DNA of 64,000 nt from Eledone cirrhosa (taxonomy: Eukaryota): positions 36,766,001 through 36,830,000 of the forward strand of contig OZ024748.1 in assembly GCA_964016885.1 (NCBI GenBank), read 5' to 3'. Below, in pieces: positions 44,575 to 57,950 of the stretch. A model generated the notes under the pieces. That model had not been told where the DNA came from. It searched no databases and saw nothing but the letters and a program-made list of their open reading frames with translations. Both the position numbers and the translations under genes were made by a program. Within the stretch, counting starts at the first letter, position 1. Each line of letters begins with the position of its first letter.

Positions 44575-44901
44575 AGGTTAAAATTAACTTTGTTTATTCA
44601 TATTCGTTGTTATATATATTTCAGTGATAACCATTATTCAACAGCTATGACCTCATCAGACAGCTAGAACTTGAAGAGAAAAACATAATGGTGACACCAG
44701 TTCTTTGAGAAAACACCATACTTCGGGACTGGGCATATCAAAGGACCAAAATAACGGAGGTAAACTTTGTTCCATCATTATGTTTTTCTGTTTTTTTCTG
44801 TTCAAGTTCTAGCTGTCTGATGAGGTCATAACTGTTGAATAATGGTTATCACCGAAATATATATAACAGTGAATATGGATAAACAAAGTTAATTTTAACC
44901 A
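44575..44901. mobile_element. Inverted-repeat element with an HHR in each arm
   Basis: 44575-44693 is inverted at 44772-44901; HHRs at 44606-44664 (-) and 44812-44870 (+). Confidence 0.8.
44812..44870 (+). ncRNA. Minimal type I hammerhead ribozyme
   Basis: GCTGT-CTGATGA-GGTCATAAC...GTTATCACC-GAAA-TATATA-TA-ACAGT. Confidence 0.8.
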
Positions 44902-44948
44902 GTTGACTTACACTTCTTGTTTATATATATATATATATATATACATAT

Positions 44949-45065
<117 letters not shown>

Positions 45066-45103
45066 AGTGGGCGCGCGCATGTATATATATATATATATAT
45101 AAA

Positions 45104-45246
45104 TGAAAAGATTCAGGACCCTGACGGCTGAGCTCCGGCCGTTTCGACAGCTAGATCCGGATCTAGATGTCGAAATGGCCGGAGCTCAGCCCTGAGGGTC
45201 CTGAATCTTTTCACATTACCCACTCTACCACTCCAAGTATCGAGTA
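45104..45246 (+). mobile_element. Palindromic short element with 3' half of an HHR (family of 15280)
   Basis: Arms 45104-45157 / 45158-45213 centred on CTAGATCCGGATCTAG. Confidence 0.65.
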
Positions 45247-45392
45247 TATATGCACACACACATATATATATTCGGTAGATAAGAATGCAATTCAACTAAA
45301 GCACTCGACGTCATATTACTTCTTCAAAATACGGATGACGGAGTTACCTTTTACTCAGTTATACATATTATATATATATATAATATGTATAA

Positions 45393-45460
<68 letters not shown>

Positions 45461-45462
<2 letters not shown>

Positions 45463-45974
45463 ATTGAGGTTGGTAATGGCACATGGAATATATAAGAGAC
45501 AGAATACTTTTTTGTGAAAAAACATAATTTTATAAGGTGAGGAAATAATAAAGGGTATAAAAAATGACCGGTTTCGATGGGTCTGCAAAAGTCATCTTTT
45601 CAAATGTTGATTAATATTAAGAAAAATTAATAATACGAAGAGTTAAAATTTGAGATTTGAAAATTCAAGTATAAAATTCATTGTTGTATTTCATAGCAGT
45701 TTTCATCTAGGTAGCAACAACAGGTTGACTGCTGTGTCCCTTTCTGGTAGTGAATGAGAAGTTATTTGGGGTGTGGGTTATTTTATAAAGGTCAGATTTA
45801 GCAATCGTCAACTGGCCAGCTGCTGGTCAGTGAGGGGATGGAAGCAATATACATACACATATCTTCCTGTGGTGGATAGGAGAGTGGAGCGTGATAGAAA
45901 GGGATTTAGTGCACTTACACCTATATATACACACATACCTTCATCCACACATACATACATACATATACATATAC

Positions 45975-46013
<39 letters not shown>

Positions 46014-46078
46014 CACACATACATACACACACACATACATATACATACACACATACACACACACACATATATACACAT

Positions 46079-46125
<47 letters not shown>

Positions 46126-46166
46126 TATATATATACATACACATACATCCAGATACACACATACAT

Positions 46167-46197
<31 letters not shown>

Positions 46198-46382
46198 CAC
46201 ATATATATATATATACACCCCCCCACACATACATACACACACACACACATATATATACATACACACATACAAACATACACACACACACACATATATATAC
46301 ACATACACACACATATATATACACACACACACACACACACGCATATATATATATATATATACACATACGCATACATCCAGAT

Positions 46383-46415
<33 letters not shown>

Positions 46416-48772
46416 ATACATACATCCACATGCACACACATACACACACACACACATATACACATACATACACCCACACACAGAGAAATGGCCTCCAAAT
46501 ATATATATATATATACATACAGATACATATATTTTTTCCATAATATAAGAAGTTGGGACAGTGAAATTAAAATACAAGTCATTCTGATCACATTGAGTTC
46601 TTCATGTAGATTGGGCCCCGCAACCGACAGTGGTGAATTCTGTGTGCGCATATATATATAGATATATGTGTGTGCACGTGCAGGGTTTAACATGGATGTG
46701 TTGGTCACACAAAGGCATGGTCTGTCAACGAATAAACCTGATTCTACAGAATTGGTCTCTGGTCTTTAATAGTAGTGATTCCGTGCGTATGTGTGTTTAT
46801 ATTTTATGACAATTCTATTGGGGTGATAACCCGTTTAGTTTTGGTTTAAATTTGTTAAGGAATAGATTTTCTTTGTTTATTCTTTGTTGCTGTGTGAACG
46901 AATCTGAGCACTTGTAGAAGGGGAAGATTTTAAAGTTGGGTAGTGTCATTCCTACACAGTTCGCAATATGGCTGCTCAGGGGGATTTTTCTTGTGTTAGC
47001 GTCCCGGATTTGTTGGCGGTGGATGGTCATTCTTTTGCGTAATGAGGTGCCCGTCTGTCCTATGTAGTTGTGTTTGCACCCACCGCAAGTTATTGCGTAA
47101 ATCAAGTTCTCCAAGTTGCAGGTGAAATTGTTTTTTACTGTAAATGTTTGGCCATCTTTGAATGTAAATGTTTGTCCTTCAGTGAGGTAGAGGCACGTTC
47201 CACAGTTTGTTCTACCACATTTGGTAACTGTAGGGTTGAGGATTGGTTTGGGTATATTTGGTCCAGTGAGAATGCGTTTAAGTGATTTGGGTTGTCTTTT
47301 ACTTTTAAGGATCTTGTGTGTTTCAAGAATAGACTTCATTTTTACATCTTTAAGTAGGATGGGGAGGTTTTTGTGTAGGTGATCAAACATTTCGGTATTT
47401 CTGGGGTTGAAAGTGGATACATATGGCAGGGTGTTTAGTGTGGTTTTCTGTTCTGGATTGTTAAGTTGATGGGGATTTAGGTGTTTTGTCCTGTCTATTC
47501 CATTGTTGATTATTTCAAGTGGAAAGGCTCTTAAGATAAGGGTGTCTTTTAGTTCCTTTAGTCTTTGCTCCCGTTTAGGTGGATCTGATACTATGGTACA
47601 TATACGTTTGGCCAAATTGTAAGGAATGTTAAGTTTTGTATGTTTTGGGTGACTTGATGTGAAAAAGAGGTATTGCTTGGAATCTGTGGGTTTATAGAAT
47701 ATATCTGTATCTAATTTCCCGTCTATTACAGAGATGAGAATATCCAAGAAGGCTAATTCCTTAGGATTGGATTCCATTGTGAATTGTATGTTATTATCTA
47801 TGTTGTTTATCATGTTTTTAAACGTAGTAAGTGAGTTTATGTCTTCTTGCCATAGGATAAAGCAGTCGTCTAGATATCTTTTCCAATTGGCTTTGAGGTG
47901 TGTGTGGAAGGAGTCTCCAAATAAGAGAAGGGACTGACTGTATATTTGTTGTTCATGGAATCCCATGACTAGGTTGGCATATGTGGGTGCTACTTTCGTG
48001 CCCATTGCCGTACCTGATACTTGTCTGTATGTTGAACCATTGAATGTGAAGTAGTTATTTTGTAGGATAAAGCGGAGTCCGTCAGTGATAAAATCTGTGT
48101 TGATGCGTGTCGGTATTTCTGATGGGTGTGTGTTAAGCCAGTATTGGACTGCTGTTATTCCATAGTTGTGAGGTATGTTTGTGTAGAGGTTTATTACGTC
48201 AAAGGAGACAAGAATTGTATTTGCACTTACTGTTTTAGGGAGGTGTTTCAGCATGTCAAGGTCATCTCGTATGTAGCTCTGTATATGTTGTAGAAAGGGT
48301 TTGCCATGAAAGTGTAGAAAGTGCACTAAATCCCTTTCTATCACGCTCCACTCTCCTACCCACCACAGGAAGATATGTGTATGTATATTGCTTCCACCCC
48401 CTCACTGACCAGCAGCTGGCCAGTTGACGATTGCTAAATCTGACCTTTATAAAATAACCCACACCCCAAATAACTTCTCATTCACTACCAGAAAGGGACA
48501 CAGCAGTCAACCTGTTGTTGATACCTAGATGAAAACTGCTATGAAATCCCACAATGAATTTTATACTTGAATTTTCAAATCTCAAATTTTAACTCTTCGT
48601 ATTATTAATTTTTCTTAATATTAATCAACATTTGAAAAGATGGCTTTTGCAGACCCATCGAAACCGGTCATTTTTTATACCCTTTATTATTTCCTCACCT
48701 TATAAAATTATGTTTTTTCACAAAAAAGTATTCTGTCTCTTATATATTCCATGTGCCATTACCAACCTCAAT
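45461..48772 (-). mobile_element. Penelope-like retroelement A, 5'-truncated, with inverted pseudo-LTR
   Basis: RT plus GIY-YIG ORF; 45462-45916 is inverted at 48319-48772; HHR-like TTGAAAA-GATGG/CCATC-GAAA-CCGG-TC. Confidence 0.93.
46815..48318 (-). CDS. PLE RT-GIY-YIG polyprotein (N-terminally truncated, open frame ~500 aa)
   Basis: SFDVINLYTNI, GTAMGTKVAPTYANL, WKRYLDD, AFLD, YKPTDSKQYL, LIYAITC..C...YIGQT. Confidence 0.93.
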
Positions 48773-48878
48773 TTTCTCTATAACCTTCGTTTTGTGTAGA
48801 AAATTACACTTTTCATATATATATATATATATATCACTGAAAAAAGAGAATCAGTGTTGCGACGAAAGGAATTTATTG

Positions 48879-48973
48879 GACATATTACAATTGTTTCTCG
48901 GGCGACCAGCTCGAGGCACGATCGATATGGTGATCAAACCTGACTCTGAAAACGCGTGGTCTTCGGATACGTC
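48879..48973 (-). ncRNA. Type I hammerhead with CCGAAGA core and long stem II
   Basis: GACGTAT-CCGAAGA...GAAA-CAATTG-TA-ATATGTC, in a ~330-bp insert between (TA)n tracts. Confidence 0.6.
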
Positions 48974-49168
48974 TCGATTCTGCGAAGCACATTTTCCCAT
49001 TGTCCTTTAACATCGAATTCCTTCGTTTGTTGATTTAGATCCTGTTGTGTCATTCCATGAGTGGTCAAGAATTGTACACGTCACCGGTATTTCTAGCTAA
49101 ATACCCAATGATTTGTCTTCCCCAAAAAGTTTTTGGGGAAGACAAATCAGAGGGATATTTAGCTATAT

Positions 49169-49238
<70 letters not shown>

Positions 49239-49620
49239 TTAAGGATACTATTTATGGTTATGTATGTAATAAAACCTTTTATGGTAATATATTTTTTATA
49301 CAAACCTTAAATAGTGAAAGATAGTCATTAATTACTATCTTATTACCAGTAAGATAAATAGCTCAATTTAATAACATCGGTTGTTTTACAGAGCAGTTAT
49401 ATAGAGATTACAATAATCAAAGTTCAGTTTAAATCATTTATTTGCTTACAATTGTTTCCTCCAAACCGAGGTTTGGATTCTTCGGAGCAACTATTTAGTG
49501 ATCTATAACATACTTGACCTCCTTTTCAACACAAGAGACATACAAAACATATGCACATATTGATCCACAGTGGATATCAAAATGATATAGCATGGCAATT
49601 TACATATAAAGGTTAAAGGA

Positions 49621-49836
49621 TAAAAATAAAAATAAAAATAAAAATAAAAATAAAAATAAAAATAAAAATAAAAATAAAAATAAAAATAAAAATAAAAATA
49701 AAAATAAAAATAAAAATAAAAATAAAAATAAAAATAAAAATAAAAATAAAAATAAAAATAAAAATAAAAATAAAAATAAAAATAAAAATAAAAATAAAAA
49801 TAAAAATAAAAATAAAAATAAAAATAAAAATAAAAA
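49621..49836. repeat. (TAAAAA)36 microsatellite inside the pseudo-LTR
   Basis: Perfect hexamer run. Confidence 0.95.
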
Positions 49837-51620
49837 TGAAAATAAAAATGAAGCGTTGGCAGTCTATGAAGATAAAGCAAGAGGAAAGTTTAGAGTAGTC
49901 AGTGTATGAAACAATCTCACGTGTAACATGCACGCGTGTCTTATTTATACAGGATTAGAGTGCGTCAGAATGTTATTTGCAGGGTCAGGCAGTTGAAGCA
50001 GGCAATCGATATTATTATGTGGGCTGAATTATTAAGTCATTTATTCGCATACACCTGTATGATATACGGTCCCGAATGTAGAGAAACACCAAAATATCAA
50101 AAATTTCAAACATATTATAAACCATATTGTATCGTAGGCAAAACAGTACTACTGTCTTCGCTCACACCACCACTCACGTAATCCATGAGACGCAATATAT
50201 AGAACACGGGTCTATCATATAATTCACGATGGTTCAGCATATAACCAAGTTATAAACCGTATCTTGTCGATTCTTAATTAATAGATCATGTTGTTTAGTT
50301 TTGTGTGATGATATTATATTCCGGAAGTGTCTGTATGACCAAGGGGAATTAATGCGTAAGGAGAGGTAACTAGCTGGTTTTCTTAGTTAAATTTATTATC
50401 ATAAATTACATTAATGGAGTTTCAAATAAGTGCCTATCATATGATGTTATAACTAATTTCTAGAATATGTTACTTATTTATAGGTTACAGTGTTGTCCAT
50501 TAAGAAGTACTAGGGTGTATATATTAGGATGATTACCTTCTATTAAGGAGTGTCATATCTGAACATTTTATAAGAGGAGTCAGACTCCCAAATCAATGTT
50601 CCATGTAAATGTAATTCCTCCCGCAGGACCTGGCATGGTCCTATTATTATATATGACTCCCGGTAGGCTCTGGGTCATTGTATGTCTGAATCCTTGGTAA
50701 ATCTGAATATCTTCAGGATGGTCTGGAGATTAAATTTCTCATATAAAGACACCAGTCTGGCCATCAAGCAATAGGTTACCCCCATCTCATATATAAATTA
50801 AATTAGGTATCTTATCTACAAATTAGAGTGGAGTCTATTAATAGGTACTGAAGGAGTTCATATCATGCTGATTACAATCTGGAGATCAAATCTCTCATAT
50901 AAGGACACCAGTCTGGCCATCAAGCAATACATAAACTCCCATCTCACATATAAATTAAATTAGGTATCTTCTCTACAAATTAGAGTGGGGTCTATTAATA
51001 AGTACTAAAGGAGTTCATATCATGATGATTACAATCCAACATGGAGTGCCACACCTGGACAATCTATAAGAAGAGTCAGACTACAAAATTTATTATATGG
51101 GTCTCACTACTAATAATGGCCTTATTATCATACAAGACTCCCGGCAAGATTCAGGTCATAGTATGACTGCATCCCCGGTAAATTCACCAGGGTGGTCCGG
51201 TGGGCAGTTCTCTCATCAAAAGATACCAATCAGGTCATCAAGCAACACAGAAACTCCTAACTCATGTATCACCTGTGCATAATTCATTGAACTGATCGTA
51301 TATAGTATATACTCACATAGCAATAAGATTACCTATCTAATCATCAATCTATCTCTTGGTGGCATTCCATGCACAGGATTATGTTATCACAACCAATACC
51401 GTGTCCACAGTTTATATTAATCATATATTTGTGCAATGCAGTTTAAGTAGTCTACGGCCGAGATATCGGAATCAGAAGTACATGGGGCTATTCCCAGGTA
51501 GACGGTACTAAAATGCTGCCAGTATTACCCTTAGAGTATATAAATGGGTGTGGAGATGAGGTGTGAGGTGTGCTACTGATGCTAATTGCTAGGGGTGGTG
51601 ACGGTTCCAGTCTGACATTG

Positions 51621-53785
51621 TTATATATAGGGTCTAAAGTTTTGGAACGAGTGTCGGAAGCGGTGTTGGCAAGATGCGAATACTTCTGATTTTTTATTAA
51701 GGAGATTATGGTTAGAGAAGATGATAGTATGGGTCTCTAGTAGACAGAGGTTACAAAATTTATTAGGTGGTTTGTACGATGTTGCACTACCTACCACTTC
51801 CCATTTAAGTGTATATATTTTATTTTTAGTTTTTAGATAGTGTATGTAGCTAGATAGTGAAGTGGAGTTGGCTAGACTATGTTTTTTGAAAGAGTGGAGG
51901 TGCGAATTGTATCTAGTTTTGAAGCAGTTAGAAGTAGAGCCTATATAGGTTTCAGAAGAGTTGTTAGTTGTGACTGTACATGAGTATATGATATCCTTGG
52001 TTAAGCATTTTTTATCTAAAGGGCAGGTTCTATTTGAACTACAGTTACAATTATTCTGGGTGCTAGTCTGCCGGTTACTATGCTGTGTAGAAGTTTGGAT
52101 GTTAGCCATAGGGTTATGGTTATGTGGGTTGTCGTACGCAGCGTTAATGTTTACACTAGTACTAATACTATTATTTCCATTGATATTATGGTTAGTTGCT
52201 ATAATGTTATTTTGAATGTTATTTTGAATGTTATTTTGAATGTTATTTTGAAGGTTTATCGTCTGTTGTGATTTAGTTTGTTGGAAGTAAGAATTAATTT
52301 TTCTTTTATTGCTACTAGCTATGTGGTATGTTAAGTTAGGCGTAGTAGAGTATGAGATTTTAATAGTGTTTTTGTTTAAAAGGCTATGGTACCTGTGGCC
52401 GGATGGGAAGTGTTTATCCAGTAGTGAGAAGAAAGCCCTAGGTAGGTTGGTAGAGACGTTTAGATTGAAAGGAGGGTTGAAAAATGTATTATTTCTTCTT
52501 CTATTTCTGTTTTTTATGTCTGGTGATTTGTTTCCTTTAATGCTACTATGGTAATTTCTGTGGTGTGGGTTACTTTTGTTGTTACCATCCCTATTAGTGT
52601 GTGTGTGGTTGCTATTCCTATTATTAAATTTTCCCATGGACATGTTGTGTGAAATAATGTTGTAGCTATGCGTTTTTGTAGGTAGGAACTCTATCCCTGT
52701 ATTATGGCCTGATCTAGCTAATGCCTGATTATAATACTGCGAGTTATTGTTAAATGTGTTTATATCATAGGATAGATTAGAGATTCTATTAGATACTCCC
52801 TTAGAGATAGAGTTCAATATAGATTTAGGGTGGTTAGACTTGGTATCTACGTAGATGAGTTTTTCATTAGGTTTGTGGAAAGGTGCATATATCATTGAGT
52901 CTAGGTAGAGTGTGGCGTCTAGGAAGTTGACGTTTTTGGTGTTTTTGTCCATGGTAATACTAAGATTAAAGTTTTTGAATGTTTTGTGCAATAGTTTTCT
53001 AGTTCTTTCTATATTGAATTTTTTATAATCTATAAGTAGAAGTGCATCGTCGCGATACAAACCACCGCTGAGGTAAGGTAGGTCCTTATGGATTTGGTTA
53101 AGTAAATATAGGCCAACTAAATCAGTGACCTGCGCCGAGTCACTAGACCCCATAGTAATGTCGAAGTTGTTTTGCGTATCCTTGCGGGTCCATAATTGGT
53201 CTTCAAAGGTGATTAGTGTTTTACGGGCCGCAAGTATGACATCAATCTGGGGTCTAGTCAGGTCACTATTGTCCATGGCCATTATAAGTGCTTTATTTAG
53301 TAGGATAGGGGAAATAGAGGTGTAGTAAGAATTGATATCAAATTGAATACATTTTTTATCCTTGTTATCTTTGATATTTTTGAACCATTCAATCACTTCA
53401 CCCGTATTTCCCCATTGTTTAAGGTAAATCTTGTGTTTAATCTGTGGGATGATTTTATCTAGAATTTTTTTACTGATAATGCCAATGTCAGACTTGGAGG
53501 GGCAGATGAGTCTAATCGAGGGGTTGCTAATGAAGTCCTCCTTATGGTCCTTCAGAGAGAATCTAGGGGGGTTTGGGGTGTAAGGTTGTGTATGTTTCTG
53601 GAGCCCTAGTTTGGATACTATATTATAGCCTTCCATATTAATATCTTCTAAGTTTTTCATAGTGTTTTTCTTGTAGCTTTTATGTAGTTCATTATATATA
53701 AACTTTCTATATGTATTATAATCTAGGCTGTATATGTTATTAGTTTTGTCGACATGTACAAAAATGTTACTACTAGTCTTGAAAT
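51621..53785 (-). CDS. PLE RT-GIY-YIG polyprotein (open ~720 aa; N-terminus displaced)
   Basis: DKTNNIY, RLICPSKSDIG, QFDINSYYTSI, FDITMGSSD, GLYRDDAL, NFLD, SNHP, IIYSC...YIGST, CNLCLLE. Confidence 0.92.
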
Positions 53786-54721
53786 CATCAATAGAGTGAG
53801 ATGGAGGACATTCCATTATGATAAAAACAAATCTAGCAAGGATAATAACACCAACAAATTTGACTCCTTCGGCTTTAAAACCTTTAGAAGCCCCCCTCAT
53901 AACACACTACTAAACCACTTCGAAAACGACTTAATAAAACTAATTTGAAACACAATGTAATTTATGATAATAAATTTAACTAAGAAAACCAGCTAGTTAC
54001 ATCCCCTTACGCATTAATTCCCCTTGGTCATACAGACACTTCCGAAATATAATATCATCACACAAAACTAAACAACATGATCTATTAATTAAGAATCGAC
54101 AAGATACGGTTTATAACTTGGTTATATGCTGAACCATCGTGAATTATATGATAGACCCGTGTTCTATATATTGCGTCTCATGGATTACGTGAGTGGTGGT
54201 GTGAGCGAAGACAGTAGTACTGTTTTGCCTACGATACAATATGGTTTATAATATGTTTGAAATTTTTGATATTTTGGTGTTTCTCTACATTCGGGACCGT
54301 ATATCATACAGGTGTATGCGAATAAATGACTTAATAATTCAGCCCACATAATAATATCGATTGCCTGCTTCAACTGCCTGACCCTGCAAATAACATTCTG
54401 ACGCACTCTAATCCTGTATAAATAAGACACGCGTGCATGCTACACGTGAGATTGTTTCATACACTGACTACTCTAAACTTTCCTCTTGCTTTATCTTCAT
54501 AGACTGCCAACGCTTCATTTTTATTTTCATTTTTATTTTTATTTTTATTTTTATTTTTATTTTTATTTTTATTTTTATTTTTATCCTTTAACCTTTATAT
54601 GTAAATTGCCATGCTATATCATTTTGATGGATGTCATCCCACTGTGGATCAATATGTGCATATGTTTTGTATGTCTCTTGTGTTGAAAAGGAGGTCAAGT
54701 ATGTTATAGATCACTAAATAG

Positions 54722-54770
54722 TTGCTCCGAAGAATCCAAACCTCGGTTTGGAGGAAACAATTGTAAGCAA
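54722..54770 (+). ncRNA. Minimal type I hammerhead (mirror copy at 49442-49490, minus)
   Basis: TTGCT-CCGAAGA-TCCAAAC/GTTTGGA-GAAA-CAATTG-TA-AGCAA. Confidence 0.75.
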
Positions 54771-54845
54771 ATAAATGATTTAAACTGAACTTTGATTATT
54801 GTAATCTCTCTCTATATATATATATATTTATATTTATCAAAGGTA

Positions 54846-55104
54846 TATATTGAGTTAGAAACTCAAAATAGTCTCTTACAATTAAATACCTCAAGGAAAG
54901 AGATTTTTCCGAGCCGTGTAATATAATTGAATATAAAAGAGAGTTTTACCCCAATATCGGTTTGTATTTATTTTCTTGATTTATTTTTAAATTGAGTCTG
55001 GCAAACCCTATTGTTCAAAGTTAGTATTTTTCACCCTAGCGAATCTGGTCCCATACGATTTGAACACATATATGTATATATCTGTATTTATCTCTTTTAT
55101 ATTC

Positions 55105-55110
<6 letters not shown>
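54846..55110 (+). mobile_element. Partial copy of the 43163 retrozyme-like family with inverted 5' segment
   Basis: 54941-55110 matches 43472-43640; 54846-54940 is an inverted match to 43620-43715. Confidence 0.7.
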
Positions 55111-55171
<61 letters not shown>

Positions 55172-55301
55172 GATACGTGTGCGTGGCATGAGATTGATGT
55201 GGAGGTGAGGTGCTTATAATATTTGGTACTTTACTCTTGCAGTATTACTGCACTGTGTCGCAACACAAACACAAACAAAATTTAAAATGTCGTCTACTTA
55301 C

Positions 55302-55529
55302 GTCTATTGACTTCTACGTACTGCCAGCCTTCTGTGGTCACCACACTGACATTCCTGGAATTATAAGAACTGATGGAACAGAGTCTTGTTTTGGTATGGT
55401 AGTTGACAGAATAACAAGAAGTCTCCCGTTTGCAAGCGTACAGGCAATCAAGGAACGTGTAATTATAGGAGCCTAAGTCATCGGGTATGGTGAGGAGACC
55501 ACCGTAAATTATGCTTATTGGGCAGTTAC
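55302..55529 (-). CDS. PAN/Apple-like domain exon of an unidentified secreted or membrane protein
   Basis: Minus strand ttctttcattcag|GT...AGAC|gtaagt; 228 nt, phase 1-1; FLDCLYACKRETSCYSVNY...CSIS...W.Y pattern; alternatively reads to the stop at 55294. Confidence 0.75.
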
Positions 55530-55563
55530 CTGAATGAAAGAAGACAAAATAATAAGAAGAAAT

Positions 55564-55603
<40 letters not shown>

Positions 55604-55654
55604 TTATATATGTATACACACACACACACACATATATATATATATTTATATATG

Positions 55655-55779
<125 letters not shown>

Positions 55780-55939
55780 GTATAATATATATATAATAAT
55801 TCTTTGTCTCTCTGTCTGTCTGTCTTTTCCTTATGCACTCCCAAACGGCTCAACCAAATCAAATCAAATTTTACAAGACCTCGGGAGTGTCAACATATAA
55901 TTTTTATTTTCATTTGGATTAAAGCAATATAACACTTTA

Positions 55940-57202
55940 TCTAAAATAATCGACTATAGACAACTATCAACAACTCCAGACCCACACGATCCGACTGAGC
56001 TTGATTGACGGCCACCCAGCTCTCTTTCTGTTGAGGAACTTCTTCGCCATGCCGAAGCTCCTCTATACCCTTCGCAGCGCTCCGTGCTACACTCACGCAT
56101 CTCTCCTCACTGACCTCGATACTTGTATCTGGCCTCCGGTCCCCGATCTCCCAGGTTTTGCCGGCGATTCTTTCGTCGGTAACCTCATGCCGCGTCCTCG
56201 TCAGCAGGGTTCTCCAAAACACAGTGGAACCCTCTGTGATCAGGGAACGTGAAGCCGGCTGGGACTTAGCCCAGTAGACGTTCCTCCTCCTTTTCCCCCT
56301 GCTGACGTCAAGTCCCCCCAAAGCATTTGGGATGCCATCCAGTGCAACCTGACCTCAGACAGACTCACCCGCCAGCTCGACCAGCACCACCTTGCCTGTT
56401 TTCGTGCGGCCTCCGAACCCCACAGTGGTGCCTGGCTCCAAGCCTTGCCCTCCTTCCCCACTGGCACACAGCTGGATAACAATGTTTCCTTGAGGCTTGG
56501 CTTCCGGATGAAAGCCACACCAATGTCGCTGTGGATCCACCGTGGACTCTTTCAGCCTCCACCCGCTTTCCTGTCACCACAGTGCCGGCCGCCTTCCACG
56601 CCATGCTGCCCTCAACGAAGTCATAAAGCATGGCTTGGACGCTGCAGGTTTCACTTCCCAGCTCGAGCCGGTGGTGCTGGACCAAGGGGACGGCAAAGGG
56701 CCAGATGGTATGACCATCTTCCCGTCCCGCGGTGGCAAACCCCTCGTCTGGGATGCCACTTGCACTGACACTTTCTCCAGTTGCAACCTGGTGCAGTCTG
56801 CGACTAACCCAGGTTCTGCTGCACGTCGGGCCGAGGAGTCCAAACTCTCCAAATACCGGCCGTTCTCCGACAGGTTTGCGATCGTGCCCTTGGCAGTGGA
56901 GACTTCTGGTGTCCTCAGCCCTAGGGCTACCTCCCTACACACCACCATAGGCGCTGAGCTGGCCAGCCGCAGGTGTGAACTTCGCGAGCTGGAATGGCTT
57001 TTCCAGCGCGTCCCCCTTGCCATCCTCCCGGGAAACGCCTTCTCCATTCTGTCCACCGGGGCTGTGGGGAGGCCACCATATGATTGACTGACTTGTCATT
57101 TTATCAGTCAAATTGTACAGTTTGATATATGAAATATTTAATGGAAATTATTTTGCCCTGGTCAATCCTTGTCACACCTATAAATTGCTTACAACAATAA
57201 AG
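55940..57202 (+). mobile_element. CRE-like non-LTR retrotransposon 3' fragment (RLE endonuclease), decayed
   Basis: ALFLLRNFFAMPKLLYTLR; GAWLQALP; HPLSC...RHAALN...LEP...DGKGPDG...LVWDAT...KLSKY...PLAVET...GNA; AATAAA at ~57196. Confidence 0.8.
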
Positions 57203-57730
57203 GCTTCTTAACCTTCTTGTTCCATCTGTTAGAAAATTTAGTAAACGAATAATTTATAACACGACGGCGACGTCACGTTTTGGATATGAGTGTGTATGTG
57301 TCTGTGAGTGTGTGTGCGTGTGTTTGCGCGTTCGTTACGTACGTTACGCCTTAGTAAGTTACATACACACATCTTCACGTAAGTACTTAAACAGATACAC
57401 AGTCAAGAAATAAATACACACACCTACACATACATATACATAGATATTTTGTGGCCAGAGTCTCCGATTCAAACGCTGATTTATACTGAAACATACGCAC
57501 ACACACACGCGCGCGCTCGCGCACGCACACATACACATTTATATACAATAATTTATATCTATATATTTATAAATATCAGTGTGTAAGAGGTGGTGCAAGG
57601 TGACAGAACGAAACTGCCAGGAACTGATTTCTTGTGGCACGTGGAAGGTTTCTATAGCAACAGTGATTCCCACAGTCTCATTTACCAAAGTAAATAGAGA
57701 GGGGAAGGTAATATTTCTGCAACACGAACC

Positions 57731-57950
<220 letters not shown>

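Larger units (their letters stand above)
49400..54808 (-). mobile_element. Penelope-like retroelement B with long 3' UTR and inverted pseudo-LTR
   Basis: ORF 51621-53785; 49402-50412 is inverted at 53954-54808; HHR in both arms. Confidence 0.93.

Noticed and set aside
45773-46708. HT/YI/VC-rich ORFs
   Set aside because: Pseudo-LTR plus microsatellite
49936-50181. Identical 81-aa ORF present twice (also 54185-54430)
   Set aside because: Follows from the inverted pseudo-LTR; antisense to the element, non-ATG start, no recognisable domain
57688-57717. Possible upstream mini-exon of the PAN gene (minus, ...TACTTTG|gtaaat)
   Set aside because: Phase-compatible donor only; acceptor is preceded by purine-rich (GA)n; no protein evidence
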